Source of the DNA: Aplysia californica
Lineage: Eukaryota
Direction: 5' to 3'
NCBI RefSeq assembly: GCF_000002075.1
Contig: NW_004797271.1
Location: forward strand, 697,293-761,292
DNA length: 64,000 nt
In this document: piece after piece, positions 13,301 through 28,277 of the stretch
Numbering within the stretch: position 1 is the first letter of the stretch
How the letters are laid out: each line of letters begins with the position of its first letter
Translations under genes and position numbers: made by a program
The notes under the pieces: generated by a model
What the model was told of the DNA's origin: nothing
Seen by the model: only the letters and a program-made list of their open reading frames with translations
Databases searched by the model: none

Positions 13301-16300
13301 GTCCCTATAGATTTCCACACCCACATGGAAGGTCTCGGTTTTGGTTGTAAATCCCCCCCCCCCCCCCCCCCCCTATCATATTGTCATTTACCCGTAGCAC
13401 TGTAGTTTTCCAAACAAAACTTACTGGTGAGAATTTCATGGTGTTCTTTTTGTTTGTTTGTTCGTCTGTGAGTAAAAAGAAGCACGTCGACAAAATAATG
13501 GTTATTTTATGGCAGGAGGAAAAAAGCAAGACAGACAGTTATAGCAGAGGAAAAAAACAGAAGTAAGACCAACCAGTGGCACCTTTCAAGCTGAAATGTG
13601 CACAAGTTGGTAGTTGAACCCCTTTCTCTTATGCCAAACCCAATAGATTCCCTCTAACTGGAGTGAACTGGCTGCTTGATGTAAGTCTGCTATTGGTGTT
13701 TTTGTGACCTTTCTGCAGAATTTTTCCTATATGACTTTCTCTGGAGAAAAGTATTTTGTTGAAAATTTGGGTGTAAACAGATGGGTGGTTGAAGGTTGTC
13801 ACTGGCACGTCCTACTTCTTTATCCACCCCTCCTCTGCTGTTTCTGTCTGTCTGTCTTTCTCTTTTCCTCCAACTGTAGATGGCCATTATTGTGTCGATG
13901 TGCGCTTTTCTTTACTCAAAACGAAAGGGTGTAAGCAATGTGTGTTTTTATGTGTGTGCACATTTTCAAACCTGGACACATCTGTATAATGCAGGGTTAT
14001 CGCACACATACACTGTCANNNNNNNNNNNNNNNNNNNNNNNNNNNNNNNNNNNNNNNNNNNNNNNNNNNNNNNNNNNNNNNNNNNNNNNNNNNNNNNNNN
14101 NNNNNNNNNNNNNNNNNNNNNNNNNNNNNNNNNNNNNNNNNNNNNNNNNNNNNNNNNNNNNNNNNNNNNNNNNNNNNNNNNNNNNNNNNNNNNNNNNNCC
14201 TCTCCTTATACGTATGTAATTGCCGAACCATATGTTAAAATATGTGGATGTATGGGCCAAAGGCCTTTCAAATCAATACATCATTTTGAATCTTGAATCC
14301 CNNNNNNNNNNNNNNNNNNNNNNNNNNNNNNNNNNNNNNNNNNNNNNNNNNNNNNNNNNNNNNNNNNNNNNNNNNNNNNNNNNNNNNNNNNNNNNNNNNN
14401 NNNNNNNNNNNNNNNNNNNNNNNNNNNNNNNNNNNNNNNNNNNNNNNNNNNNNNNNNNNNNNNNNNNNNNNNNNNNNNNNNNNNNNNNNNNNNNNNNNNN
14501 NNNNNNNNNNNNNNNNNNNNNNNNNNNNNNNNNNNNNNNNNNNNNNNNNNNNNNNNNNNNNNNNNNNNNNNNNNNNNNNNNNNNNNNNNNAGTAAAACAG
14601 TAAACGTTTTGCTGCATATTGAGTTGTTTGCCTCAGAGACTAACCCAGCATGGATGTTGTTTTGGCCTGCTGAATCATCTGAATGTGTTCTTGCGCACAT
14701 GAGGATGGGTACATAAGCATGATCTCTAGTCTCCTTTGGCATTGTGAGAATGGTGTGTTCAAAGAGCCTCCCCTGTTCCTCCAGAGTTTGATGAGATATA
14801 GAAAGAATTCAACATTTCTAGATGTGCTGTTGAAAAGGTTGTTTTTCTCCCTATCACAAAGGTCACATCAGTATTTGCATTATGAGACCTGTTGGAAAAA
14901 GATGTTATACCCATCAACCCCTGCACTTTGTTTGCAAGTAATCTTGCCATGCTTTCCATTCCTGTCCCCATGCATACACCATCCCCCCCCCACACCATCT
15001 GAAAGCTCATTTACAAATATGGCCATTCATAAGATGAAAAGTGAAATAAAAGTTATTACATTCTATTGGTTTTTGTCTTTGATTCGTAAGCCAAAAGGAA
15101 AAAAAAAGGGGGGGGGGATTGTTCCTACCTTCGAAATGTCCCCTGACAAGAGACGCAATGACATGATGTTTTCCCTCTCCCATGTTTATCACCCTGCCTG
15201 ACCGAATCCTTTCCCCATGTCTGTACCAATAGATGTTTATGAACTTTTCACCTATCGTCAGCGACATTTGAAAAGCACCTAAGTCATATTTTGAATTAAA
15301 GAAAACAAAGAACGACCCAATCAGAACCACGAGTATGACTATTCCTTATTTTTTTGTATAAGAAATTAGGAAGTAAATGAATAAACAGAAGTAGTAGTAC
15401 ACTGTATTGTAAGATGCTCGTGATGTCTTTGTTTGAATTATGGCTTTATGTAGAAACCCACCCCCCCCCCCGAAATTGATTGAAGCAAAAGTAGAATGAT
15501 GCTGACGATATGTTGTTATGCTAGTATCGTATCTTCCCCAGTGCCTGTTTCAATAGATGTTTACGTTCCTCACACATACGTTGTTGTGTTGGTGTTGTTG
15601 TTGTTGCTGCCTCCAAACGCTAATCCTATCTGGTGTTTCACATTTCCTTTTTTTTACCTCAGTTTGAGTTTGAATAATCTCACACTTTTTTTGGTTTTGT
15701 TTGCTTCACATTACTACTCCCCCCGTTTGTGTTCCTTCAATCTGTGCACCGTGATGCAGGCATGCAGAATATTATCAGCAACAGCAGCAGCAGCAGCAAC
15801 AGCAGAGGGCTGTTGAGTCCCAGATTCACAGACACAGCAGTCAGGAAGTGGAGCGTTCCTCCAGCAGAAGTCAGTCCCGCAGTCAGTCTCGCAATCAGTC
15901 TCGAGGCAACACACCAGGCCTCGAACCTCCTCCCACTGGGTAAAACTTTTGTTGTGGCCACCAGATGTGTGCAGGCACTCGCGTTAACTTATGTATGATG
16001 GGCTCTGTCTGTGCAGACGCTCATGTTTACTCATGCGTTACAGGCTGTTTTTGTGCGGGTGCTCATGTTAACTCATGCAAACAAGAATTAAAAGAACTCA
16101 TTTATAAATGGCTATGGTTATCGACATAATACAAAACGACCTGTCTGAAATGTCTTATATTTCAACATGTCCACTTTGACAACTTTTCTCTGTTGTGTCT
16201 ATTCAATGCTAAGTTCACCATTTATGGCAAACAAACCAAAGGTTTAAAAAGGTTAAGAGACATTTACAACAAAACCTTGGGTTCAGCCACAGTTCATTGT

Positions 16301-19300
16301 GGGTATCATAGAGGCAGGTGCAGCATTGCAATTGTTAAAAGATTTTGATGTCCCTGTGGAGTGACAGGTTGAGTCCACGTTGGCTTAGAAATGTCTTCTC
16401 CTGTGTTGGGCATTTTACTTTTGACAAAAACATCACCTTCTTTTTTAATTTGAAAGGTTAAGATTGTAATAATGATGTTTTCGGACAAATTATCTTCTTT
16501 TTTTTTTTGTAATGAATATAATAGATCTAGACAAATCTGAAAATTTTCCTGCCGCTGATTAAAAGCATCATTTCATCTTTTTTGTAAGGTTAACATTTTG
16601 GAAATTGTATTTTGTGACCAACTGTCCGCTTCCTTCTTCATAGTTAAAAAAAGTGGAACAGAAAGATGTTATAGATTTCCTCATCAAACAGGCAATAGCC
16701 ATAAACAATGCCGGCAGTTCTTAAAACTATTTTTTCTGTCCCTTTCAATAGTTTAGAAGGACAGAAAGTTGATGTGGTTGTGTAGAGTGACTTTTGGGTC
16801 CAGCATCTTGCACAGATGCGTGAGGAGAAAAGACCTGGATAATATTGGGGTTTTTTTGGGGGGGGGGTTGATTTTTTTTGAAGAGCATTATAGCAAAATA
16901 GTGCACCATTATCAAAGGTATCTGTCAGATCTGGCACTTGTAGAAAAAGAATATAAATTGTAGGCAAATTGTCTTTTGTATGTACTCTTTGTAAATAAAT
17001 AAAATGATAAATCTAATGAAATTCCCTTGTTATAGATCCTTATGGGGAAGTTTGGTTTCCAAAATTGCAGACGTTATCCCCTTATTGTGTAGATTGTAGT
17101 TGGAACTTTGGTTTTTGGCTGTCACGTCTACTTTTTTAAATCAACCCTTTCATTTTTCTACGAGATGCTTGTAATTATACGATACCTGTGTTCTGAATGT
17201 TTTCAAATATGAACCCTGGACCAGGTGAAGGAAAGAGATTTCCTTTTAGGTAGACATTTAATTTTTTTAAATTTTCAGAGATTGTGAGTGCTTAAAAGTA
17301 CCATCACACATTGGTTTATAATTGAAACGTTTGGGAGAAAATCATTTCTTTAAAATATATCACTGTTAGAAAAATGAGTAACTCAGTTAGACCCTGCTTT
17401 ACAGGATGAGTAGAAGCTGATATTTCTTGTTATAGTGACGATATATGAGAAGGGGGGGGGGGATTGTGGATTCAAGTGAAATTGTTCTTGAATGAATAAT
17501 GTGTGACTCTTATTTCTGGCAAGATCGTCAGTGTGTATTTTTGTTTTGCCCCTTGTCTTCCCTTGCATTTGATATGCTGATTAATATGCAAATATTAATG
17601 TCCTGCTTTGCCTACAGTACCTCTTGTTGTAATTGTCATTATGTTTATTACAGTAACAGCAGCTTGTCTTGAACTTTCTTGCCTGTCAACCCTGTCTAAA
17701 GCATGATGTCATTCTTCATATTTTACTTTTTGATACCTGAACATATGAAGAATGATTAAGACTAATAGGAGTATGAGTGTGTTATTTATCTTATATTTTA
17801 TGTATATTCTCTTTATAGATTTGTTGGTTCAGTTTTGTATTAACTTCCACCATTCTTCACACTCCCCCCCCCCCCCACCCCCTTCTTTTCTTTCTCTTTT
17901 TCATTTCTGCCTGTCTGCCTTCTTCTTCCCAGCACTGAATGACCATTATTGTGTCACTGTGCTCTTTTTAATTGTAGTACTAAACTAACACTATGCTTTT
18001 CTCATACTGAAAATGGGCAATCTGTTGTCTCAGCTGGTATCACAGAGGGGCTTAGTGAGAACAGAACCGGTTCAAGTCCCCAAGTGGGACATTCAGGAAC
18101 TTTGGTTGCGTGTAGAAGGGGAGGTGTTTTTTTTTAAGGCTTTCCCCTCACTTGGTTGGGACCTATTGGTGGAGATAGCTTCAGAGATCATATCTCAGAT
18201 AGTTTTAACCTAACAATGTTGAATTGAGATTAACCCTTGCAATTTACAATCTCCAATGACACTGACGTGTGGCTAATGTCTAAGGTTCTCCCCCTTTCTC
18301 CCCTTCCCAGTGACTACTACAACCGCGGCTCCCGTCCCCCCAGCCGAGCAGACTATGCTGCCGAATACTATGGTCGCCATGGTTATGCATACGACCCCTA
18401 CAGCTACCATGAGGGATACGGCTACGACCCTTACAACTACGGCTATGGCTACCCTGGCTATGAGGACTATGGACAGGGTCTGTGTTGGCACGATGCAGTC
18501 ATCGTCTGTTTTTGTGTTGATGGCATCAAATGTTTTGGTAGAAGTAAAGTAGGACTCTCACTAGTAGGTCTTACGTTGTCATTGTGTGTTTTGGTGTTGA
18601 CAGTATCAAATTTTTTTGGTAAAAGTAAAGTAGGACATACACTAGTGGACATACACTAGTAGGTCCTACACTAGTAGGTCCTACTTCTTTTGTTTCCCTC
18701 TGTTGTTTCTGTATGTCTTCTTTTGGTTTTTCCCTTCACTAAATGACCATTATTGTATCTATGTGCTTTTCTGTAAGCTAACAGAGAAATAAGCCCCCTT
18801 GATTTTTAAAATCTGTTGTTTTTCCTGTATCGAGATGCTTATTGAATAATTCAAACAATGTTAATATGAGGGCTTCTTTCTGGTTTTTGTGGGGCTTGAA
18901 ATTGACTCATACTATATGAAGTGATGTGTTGAGATTTCTCGAAAAATAAAGGGATCACATGGGTGACTGAAGGGCATCATTGGTAGGCCTACTTTTTTTC
19001 TTTCCCTCCTTTGTTTCTATTTGACTTTCTTCACCCCCCCCCCCCCCCCCCAAAGCAGTATGTAACTCTTTTTGATTATTGATCAACGTGCGTCTCTTTA
19101 CTCAAACTCAAAGGGATGATGATAACTTGTTCTTGTCCTCCACAGCCTACGACCAGGGTCGTTTGACCCCTCCAAAGTATTCCTACCCCCATGTGCGGGC
19201 TTGTTTCGGCCCCAACGGTCAACTGGTCAAGGTGTTGCCCAACAGGCCCACCGACGGTCAGCCGGCCATTGTAGAGGTGCAGGAGGTACAGAGTGTCTTG

Positions 19301-22300
19301 GAGAACTGTCCGGAGGCAGAGGAGTTGAGAGCTTTCCCAGGACCTCTCACAAGGTAAGGTGTCTGTTGGAAAAAAAGTGTAATTGTCCGTGTTTTATGCC
19401 TCAATCAACACAATTTAGATCATTAAGGAGGCAGGTTTCGTTGACCCTGCCTGTTGGAGCCAACCTTGGTTGCGAAAGATACAGTGTCTCAGCAGAATAA
19501 AAAGAAATCTTTCCCAACAGAACTCCCATCTTCTGTGTGCAATGGTGAAGTGCGTAAATACTACACTGCAGATGCTGGTACAGTATCTGTGAACACACGG
19601 AATAAGTTGAGGATGTTCTCTTTCTTTTGACTGCAGATTTAAATGGCATCAGGGAGATTGAAGGTTCCAGTCAGATTGGAATCCCAACTTGTTTCTACTG
19701 GTTGTGGAATGTTCCTCCCTCTGGTGGATTTCTCTAAACAGTTTTATCTTCAGCGAGTCTCTAAATGTTGTGTAACTAGTGGGTATGCAGTGTGTGTGTG
19801 TGTGTGTACGCAGAGCCAGCAACGACAAGAGTGTGGTGTATTATATGAGTTTGTTGACAAGAATGTCATGTTTATTAATGTTTGTGTTGTATGTGGGTCC
19901 ACAACAACGTCATTTACTTTTGTGTATGTTGTGCGTATGTCCTCAGAACGTCTAGCCACAAGAAAGATGTCCTGTTGTTCTGCCAGCTACGTGCCCGTGC
20001 GTGCGTGGACCAGGTGGATATGGTGGACAGAGAGTCAGCACAGCTCATTTGGAGACTTCTGGAACTGCTCATCAAGCAGAATGGGGTCAGTCACAATTAG
20101 AACGATGTTGAAAGTAATGATAATGTTTTTAATAATAATGATTTATGTTGTACATACTCTCAAAATTTATTGTTCTATCTGTGTGTTGAAATATCGTTGT
20201 ACGAACTCACATTCTCATAGTCAATAATTGTCTGATATGAATAAGATCATTTACATGGCACCAGGAAATTGGACACAGCCCCCCCCCCCTCCAAAGAAAA
20301 AGATCAATTAAAAAAGATTTAAAAACATAACATAGCCATTGTTTCAAAGTCTGTTCATCAAGGAGAACAGGGTCAGTTGCAATTATAATGCTATGATAAT
20401 AAAAATGATAATATTAATAACATTAACCCTCTAAGCGCTAAGCCATTTTTACCATTACTTCCCCTCAATGCTAGGTTTATTTTAGAAAAATGCTAATTTT
20501 CTACATGGCGTTAGAAAAAGCTCATATCTTTCTTATTTATCATAATTTCTAATTACAATAAGAAGGAAAAATGTGTCTTAAACAATGAAGTCCCCTTATG
20601 TCTGGTCAGATGTGTTTTTTAATGATGTTGTTGGTATCAAAATCCTCATCATTTTTAGTCCAGTCTGCTTCGAGATCAGCAGGAATATCAACGTCCCCTT
20701 CGGGGCTTAACCTCGCTAGATCTAGATTTAGATCTACGACACAATATCCCCATCATTCACACGTAGATGTAAATCTTTTATTTGAGGACCTAATCCTTCT
20801 AACTCTTTATCACAGTGGTCCGATTCCAGAAAAATGTTGGGTAAATCTGAGTCTAAATCAGCCGACGAGTCCGACATTTTGAAAACTAAACAATATCCCA
20901 GAAAATTGCCGATAAAGAATTCCCAACCGATCCCCGACTGCGAAATGCGCTGCCAGCGGCACTAATAAACGTTGCACTGGTGGACTGTAGTCACCAGCAG
21001 TTTAAAAAATGGCTATTATCATGTCAGTGGTATAATTTCTACACTCATGTCGGATCACGACCGGTGGTCGCAATGCGCGGAAGGGAGGTATGGGTCATCA
21101 CTACTGTCGTGATGCGCACGCAGAGGGTTAATAATGTGCACATATGTTCTGTCGTGTGCTCACTAAGCTGCATAGGGTCATTTAGAATTTAGAGTAACAA
21201 TGATATTCATAGTAATAGTAATTATGATATTAATATTAATGATAATATTCCTGATGTAGTCATACTTTCCCTTGCCTCTGCTCATCAGAAGCAGAAAGGT
21301 CCCTCTTAAAATATAATGATATTGATTATAGTAATAATGATGAATTTCCTTTATCTTTTCATCTCTTCCTGTCAAAGGTTCTTGAATCAAGGCTGTTGTT
21401 TTTTCCCCCCCGCTTCGTTTCTATTTGTTGTGCTTTTATCTTACTCCTATCAGCTCTCTCTTCAGTTCTATTTTTTTTAAAAATCTTCCTTTCTTTCTTT
21501 TCTTTTCTAAAAATTTCTTTTATCTGTTTGTCTCTTTTTCTTCTTAGTCGGTGGTGGGCACAGACCTGTCTGATCTGCTCCTGGAGGGACACGAACCTGG
21601 GACCCACCAGTACAGTCTGGGTGGTCTGAGGGTGTCACAGAGCCCCGAGCTGGAGGATGGCACAGACGGGGAGGGAGGAGAGGGGAGTTCACGGGCCTCG
21701 CCGGCTGTCAGAGTAACCAGTGACAGGACGGTCATCAGCGCTGTCAGGCAGAGGGAGGAGTGGATTGACAGATTCCGGCATTTGTTGACCTATGGGAGAA
21801 AGAAGGTGAGTTACAGTTATCTGACATGTGTTGACCTACGGGAGAAAGAAGGTGAGTTATAGACATCAGGTACAATTTTGGTGTATTGCAGAAAGGTGAT
21901 TTATAGAGATATTGGCTTATAGGAGAAAAAAGGTGACTTATAGACATCAGACAATGTTATTGTATGAGAGAGAGAAGGTGATTTATGGGCATGTTGACTT
22001 GTGAGTTTTAGACATGTTGACTTATGGGAGGAAAAAGGTGAGTTGAAGACATCTGACACAATTTTGGTGTATGGGAGAGAGAAGGTGATTTATAGACATG
22101 TTGACTAATAGGAGAAAAAGGTGAGTAATAAATATATGTGTTGACTTGTAGGAAAAAGAAGGGTGTGTTGTAGACTTATTTACTTATGGGAGAAAGAAAA
22201 TAAGCTATGAAAATTAATTCTTCTAGTGTCTCGATTCATCAACAATAGGTCATGGAATAGAAAGTGAAGTTTCAATAAATCCTCATAAAAACATATTTGT

Positions 22301-24580
22301 GAGGTCATTTCTTTGTTTCTCATTTACATATGTGTTACGGTCATTTCTTTGTTTCTCATTTACATATTTGTTAAGGTCATTTCTTTGTTCCTCAAAGCTC
22401 CATTTACATATTTGCTGTTGAAAAAAAATGTTGTCTCAAAACATGGGGTGATAACTGATTTGGTACATTCCACCTTGAAAGTGATGTAAATTATGCCACT
22501 GTGGGTGTAAAACCTTCACAATGCCCAATCTCTGGTTTCCAGGACGCTCTGGAGTGTGCCATGAAGAACAACCTGTGGGGACACGCCCTCTTCCTGGCCA
22601 GCAAGATGGACACTCGGACACACGCTAGTGTCATGACCAGGTCAGTACTCTGTGTGTGTGTGTGTGGGGGTGGGTGGGGGGTGGGGTGGCAGGAGCATGT
22701 TGAGCCTGTTGAAGATTTGCACACAATTTATCAGCAAGAAGCTCAGAACGGAGACCTGCAGTTGTAGCTTCTGATGTCAGAAAGCTGTGAATGTCTCAGA
22801 ATGTTCTAAGATCTTTTGGGGTGGTCAGAGATGGAAAGCTATAAATTTTCTTTAGGTAAGGGGGAGGGCAACCGGATAAGCGTGGATCTTGAGACTCATG
22901 ATATTATAATAAGTGAAAATGGCACGCCTCATGCCACTGTGCACTGTAATAGGTCATCAAGGTTAACCACTCTTTGCTCGCCATATGTCATAAACCCACC
23001 AAGCGGTCACGTCAGTTCATTTTAGAGTGGAGGGAGACCATTTTACTAGATTGTGAGCCTTAGCATGGGTCACCATAGATTCTTTCCTGGGTTCGTCTGT
23101 TAAGATCCCGCTTTGCTTAAGATCCCGCATTTCCCTGCTCCTGAGCACCGAGATCTTATGCGGAGACTACTGTACTTTCTAGTAGAGATCTGTTTTTAAA
23201 AAATGCAATCTATGTTTTATTGTTATTATTATTTACAGGTTTTGAGTTGAGGGAGTTGAGTGTCCACTTTGTAGATGTGTTAGATTTGAGTGTCTGAAAC
23301 TTACTGTATCTGAGTATCTCTCTGTCTGCTACGACGTGGTGTTCCCCTCATATTGGGGTTATATCTGATCATTGTTTTGCCAGCAGGCTAATGAACTCTC
23401 TTCCACCCTCACCTCCCCTCCAGATTTGCCAACAGTGCCATGAGAATGAACGATCCGCTGCAGACCTTGTACCAGCTCATGTCTGGGAGGCAGCCGGCTG
23501 CTGTCACTGTGAGTCTTGACCACTAGTGGGTCCCTGTATTGTTATACTACCTGGGTGGTTGACGGGTGCTCTGGTGTGGTTTGCTCGTTTTTTCCTATCA
23601 AAGATCTATCGGTCCTTATCTTCTGTCTTTTTTTGTGTTTGTTACTTTCTTGTTACACCTCTAATCATCGGGGCCAATATGACCTTATTGTGTTGCAAGT
23701 GATGTAAAATTCTTACTAAGATTAAAAGCTAAATAGTTTTACAACAAGTGGGCCAGTTTTTAGTCTATTTGAATGTCATTTGATCATCACTCTTTTTCAG
23801 GCTGCCCTGTTAGCTTTGTTGGTATTATGTTTGGCTATGTTGTGAGTGACCCAAGTGCAAATCTCTTAACGTGGCATTGTGGGTGGCATTCCTATCAAAC
23901 ATCTATGGTCCTTATCTCCCCTTCTTCTTTTTTATGTTTTTTACTCTCTTGTAACACCTCTAATCTTCTGGCGCTCATATGACCTTATGCAGTTGCGAGC
24001 GCCATAAAAGCTCTACTAAAAAAGAGACAATAACGTGGCATTTTTTTAATGTGGGTAGTTGGGGGAGGGAGGTTCAAGACTCTTGGCTCTCCTTGGTCCT
24101 TTTGGATTGTAAATTCAAAGGTCCGGCCTCTTAAAGAATCTTAAGGTGTTGAAAAGGTGTCAAGGCGCTACCATATTTATCCTCCTGTTCATAATTTTTC
24201 TACATTTGCTGTCTTTTTGGCTATTGTGTAAGTTTTTATCATGCTCAGTTGTGTCGTTTACAGTTTTGTCTTTGTTGGTGTGTTGAGGCCACTTTGAAAA
24301 ATTGCTGTTTATAACCCAGTACGTGGGTGGTTGGCGGGTGCTCTGGTGTGGTTTGCTTCTTCTTTCCTATCAAACATCTATCGTCTTTGTCTCTCCTCCT
24401 TCTTTTTTGTGTTTGTTACTCTTTTGTAACACCTCTAATCTTCAGCACTTATATGACCTTGCTGTGTTGCAAGTGCCGTAAAACACTTACTAAAACATAA
24501 CCCAGTACTTACATACACAACACACACACAGACCCACACGCACCCATACACACGCTCGTACGCTCGCATGCACACTTGTG

Positions 24581-24633
<53 letters not shown>

Positions 24634-27600
24634 CACACACACATTCTCACACTCACCCTATCTCTCTCTATCCTCAGTGTGTTGTGGACGAGAGATGGGG
24701 AGACTGGCGCCCTCATCTGGCCATGATTTTGTCCAACCAGACGTCTCGTCAAGACCTTGACCTCAAGAGTATCAGCACGCTGGGAGACACACTGGGTAGG
24801 TTGTGTTCTCTTGTCTTTTTGTTCCTCATTATATATAATCTTCAAGTACTTGGAAATGTTTTACGCCCCTATCGACACAATTTGGAGGCTGTTTCGACTC
24901 TGCCTGTTAGGACTAACCTTGGCTGAGAGGGATACAACATTCTGACAAAGAAATACTAAATCAAGAAATTTTCCCCATTCAGGGATCAAACTCATATCTT
25001 CTATTTTCAGTAGGGAAGATACTAACTGCAACACCACTGACACTGGTTCTTGCATATTTGGTTTGGACGAACAATGTCACTTTAAGAGAAATTTTCAAAA
25101 CTTCAAAGAGGAAGGGTCATTTCTGAATGACAGGTCAAATGTGGAAGAAGATAAATTTTGTGGTTTATTTTTATTTTTGTTTTTATTTTAACAAAATTGA
25201 TTTCTATTTCCAGCATCTAAAGGCTGCTTGCACGCTAGTCATTTTTGCTATCTGATGGCTCGTGTCAACTTTGGAAGTTTCTTCAAAAAGACGTCGAAGA
25301 TAGTTCTGATTGGAGCCAATCACAAGTGAGTTTTTTTCTTCTTATTTTGTCTAGCTGTTGTTCTTGTTAAGTTCGTATAATTTTTTTGGGATTTACTTCC
25401 ATCACTGAGCTAAATATTATTTCATTACATTGAATTGCTGAGTGTTGTATTTAGTAACTAAATGTACAATCATCATCATCATTGCCTTTCTCACCCTGCA
25501 CCAGGGTATAGGCCACGGACAAACACCCCCCACTTTTCTCTATCCTGGGCNNNNNNNNNNNNNNNNNNNNNNNNNNNNNNNNNNNNNNNNNNNNNNNNNN
25601 NNNNNNNNNNNNNNNNNNNNNNNNNNNNNNNNNNNNNNNNNNNNNNNNNNNNNNNNNNNNNNNNNNNNNNNNNNNNNNNNNNNNNNNNNNNNNNNNNNNN
25701 NNNNNNNNNNNNNNNNNNNNNNNNNNNNNNNNNNNNNNNNNNNNNNNNNNNNNNNNNNNNNNNNNNNNNNNNNNNNNTATGCAGCTGCCTGACTTCCTGA
25801 GAGTATGTCCAATCCATCGCCACCGCCTTCTTCCTACCTCATCTCTGACTGGGATCTGTCTTGTTTTCCTTAACACTTCCACATTGGTGACCCTGTCTGT
25901 CCATCTGATCCTCAGTAACTTTCTTAGACACCTGTACAATGCTGAGTGTTATATTTTGTATTTAACTTAAAATTTTGTTTTATAAAATTTACTCATTATA
26001 TCTGAATAATGTATATTCTAATGTACTAGGTCATTGAGTGCTGTGCTTAAGACTCAGGTTGAGTATCTTTTTAAAACTAACTTAATGCACTGGGTGGTGT
26101 ATTTTAAACTTAAGATAGCTCCGAACACTGAGTGCTGTATATTTGATAATAACTTGAGATAAAGAGTGATATATTTTTTAATGAACTTGAGTCACTGAGA
26201 GATATTTTTTTGAGAGAGAAGGTAAGAAACATCTCAGAATTCTGTTTACAACAACAAACTTAAGGTTGTGTTTCTGTGTGGTCCTCCCTCCAGCCTCCCC
26301 ATGGAAGAGTTTGCCAGCAATGAGGCCATCCAGTGCACAGAGGTCTACGAGTATGCGCAGGTCTTGGGGAACCCAAACTTTTGTCTGACACACTTCCAGG
26401 TGAGCACTCTACTCCTACACCACTCTCCTCTGTGTGGATGGTTGGCGGGTCATCTTTATCTCCCTTCTTTCTTTTTTGTGTTTGTTACTCTCTCGTAACA
26501 CCTCTAATCTTCGGCACTTATACGACCTTATTGTGTTGCAAGTTCTGTAAAATACTTTAAAAAAACAACTCTCCTCTGTCTCACCATTGTGTGCCTTTTT
26601 GTTGTCCTCTGCACTTCCAGGTGAGTCCTCTACTCCTGAATTACTGTCCCTTGTAATCGTCTCATCACTGTGAGCTCTTTACTTCAACACTACTCTAGTG
26701 GGTTATTAAAGGGCGCCGCTGGTAGGTCCTACTTCTTTTCTTTCCCTCTGTCACACTGAGTTTTGCAGAAGGGTTCAAGGGATTCAACTGCTGTAAAAAC
26801 TTCCCTACACTCTCCTGTCCTTCTATTTTACATTTTCCTTGCACGGATTTACCATTGTTTTGTGACTGTCCTTCTCTTTACTGAACAGAGACCTTTGTCC
26901 CCTCAACTTTCTCATCATTGTGTTCCTTTGTGTTGGCCTTAGCACATGAACGGTTGTGCAAATGAGAGACAGAAAGTCATATACATTTATAAAAGTTATC
27001 CTTTCTTTGGAGCAATTTTTAGTGGAAGAACAATATGTCGCTGGATCGATTCTGTAAAGTACACCCTCAAAACTCACAAGTTAAGCCTCCTCTAAGTCCT
27101 GGTCTCACAGAAGATGTATGATTGTTTTTCCTTGCGACACCCACCAGTACCATGGGAAGGAAAAGGTAAAAGTAAAGAAGCAAAGAGTTACAATAATTGG
27201 AATAAATTGAGCATGCGCATTGCTGAGAACAGGTTTTAGACGGGTTAAATGTTGTTGTGGCACGTTCTGTGTGGGGAAATATACCCACTTGATTACTTGA
27301 ACCATTCCCCTCTGTTCCACAGATATACAAGTACCTGTATGCCTGTAAGTTAGCTGACTATGGAATGGTCTCTGAGGTAAGGCACAGTCTGTACTGTATT
27401 GACGCAAAATAATCAGCTAGCTTCCTTTTGGAAGGTTTTGCAAATTCTGATTAATTTTATTTTACTGTTTGGTATTTCAAATGCAAGAATTAAATACTGA
27501 TTCTTCTTTGGCCTTTCTATATTGGTATTTTCTACAAATAACTGTCATAAAGAATTTAAGCAGATGGGGGATGGGAAATATCTGGATAATGTTGTTGGGT

Positions 27601-28241
27601 TTTTCTTAGGAGCATCTGGGTGGAGGAGTGAGTAGCAAACTATGATCACTGGTGTATGTTTCAGTTCTGGATCTTGAAAAAAAAGAAGATTTAAAAAAAT
27701 GTATCTGTTGATGTATTTGAAAGGAAAGAATTTAACACAGATTCTTATTTATTTTCCGTGTTTAGGTGAAAATGAACCTTTACAGTGAAGTGATTTCCTG
27801 AGACTTTTTAGACAGGTCTGAATGTCATAAATGGGTTGGATAAATATCAGACATGTTTGTAGAAAATAACAAACAATATATGTGCATAAAGGCGACGTGG
27901 AAAGGAACTGGCCACCCTACCACATTATGCTGAAGGCCCAAGAAGTTGTTTCACTACAAGGCTATCCCCAGTGTCCGGATCGGATGCAGGAACCACTTTA
28001 CTTTACATGTGCATAATAAATAACCAACAAACACATGCATAATAAGCAATAAACAGACATGTGTATTGTAAGTAACAAACAGACCTATGTGTAATAAGTA
28101 AAAGAGTAGACAAACAGACACGTCTAATGAGTGTGAGTAACAAACGCACTCACACGTAAAATAAATGACAGACGTGTGTATTATAATCCTTTGCATTATT
28201 TTTTATTATAGTTGTTCTGTGCCTATGTCTGGATCAAAATA

Positions 28242-28277
<36 letters not shown>

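Noticed and set aside
12899-13326. Repetitive minus-strand ORFs (GRRREGVL...)
   Set aside because: Translations of the 26-bp minisatellite.
13880-14742. ORFs with X runs (also near 25.5, 49.2 and 55.5 kb)
   Set aside because: Artefacts of N gaps. The exon chain is in phase across all gaps, so no missing exon is required, though a symmetric one cannot be excluded.
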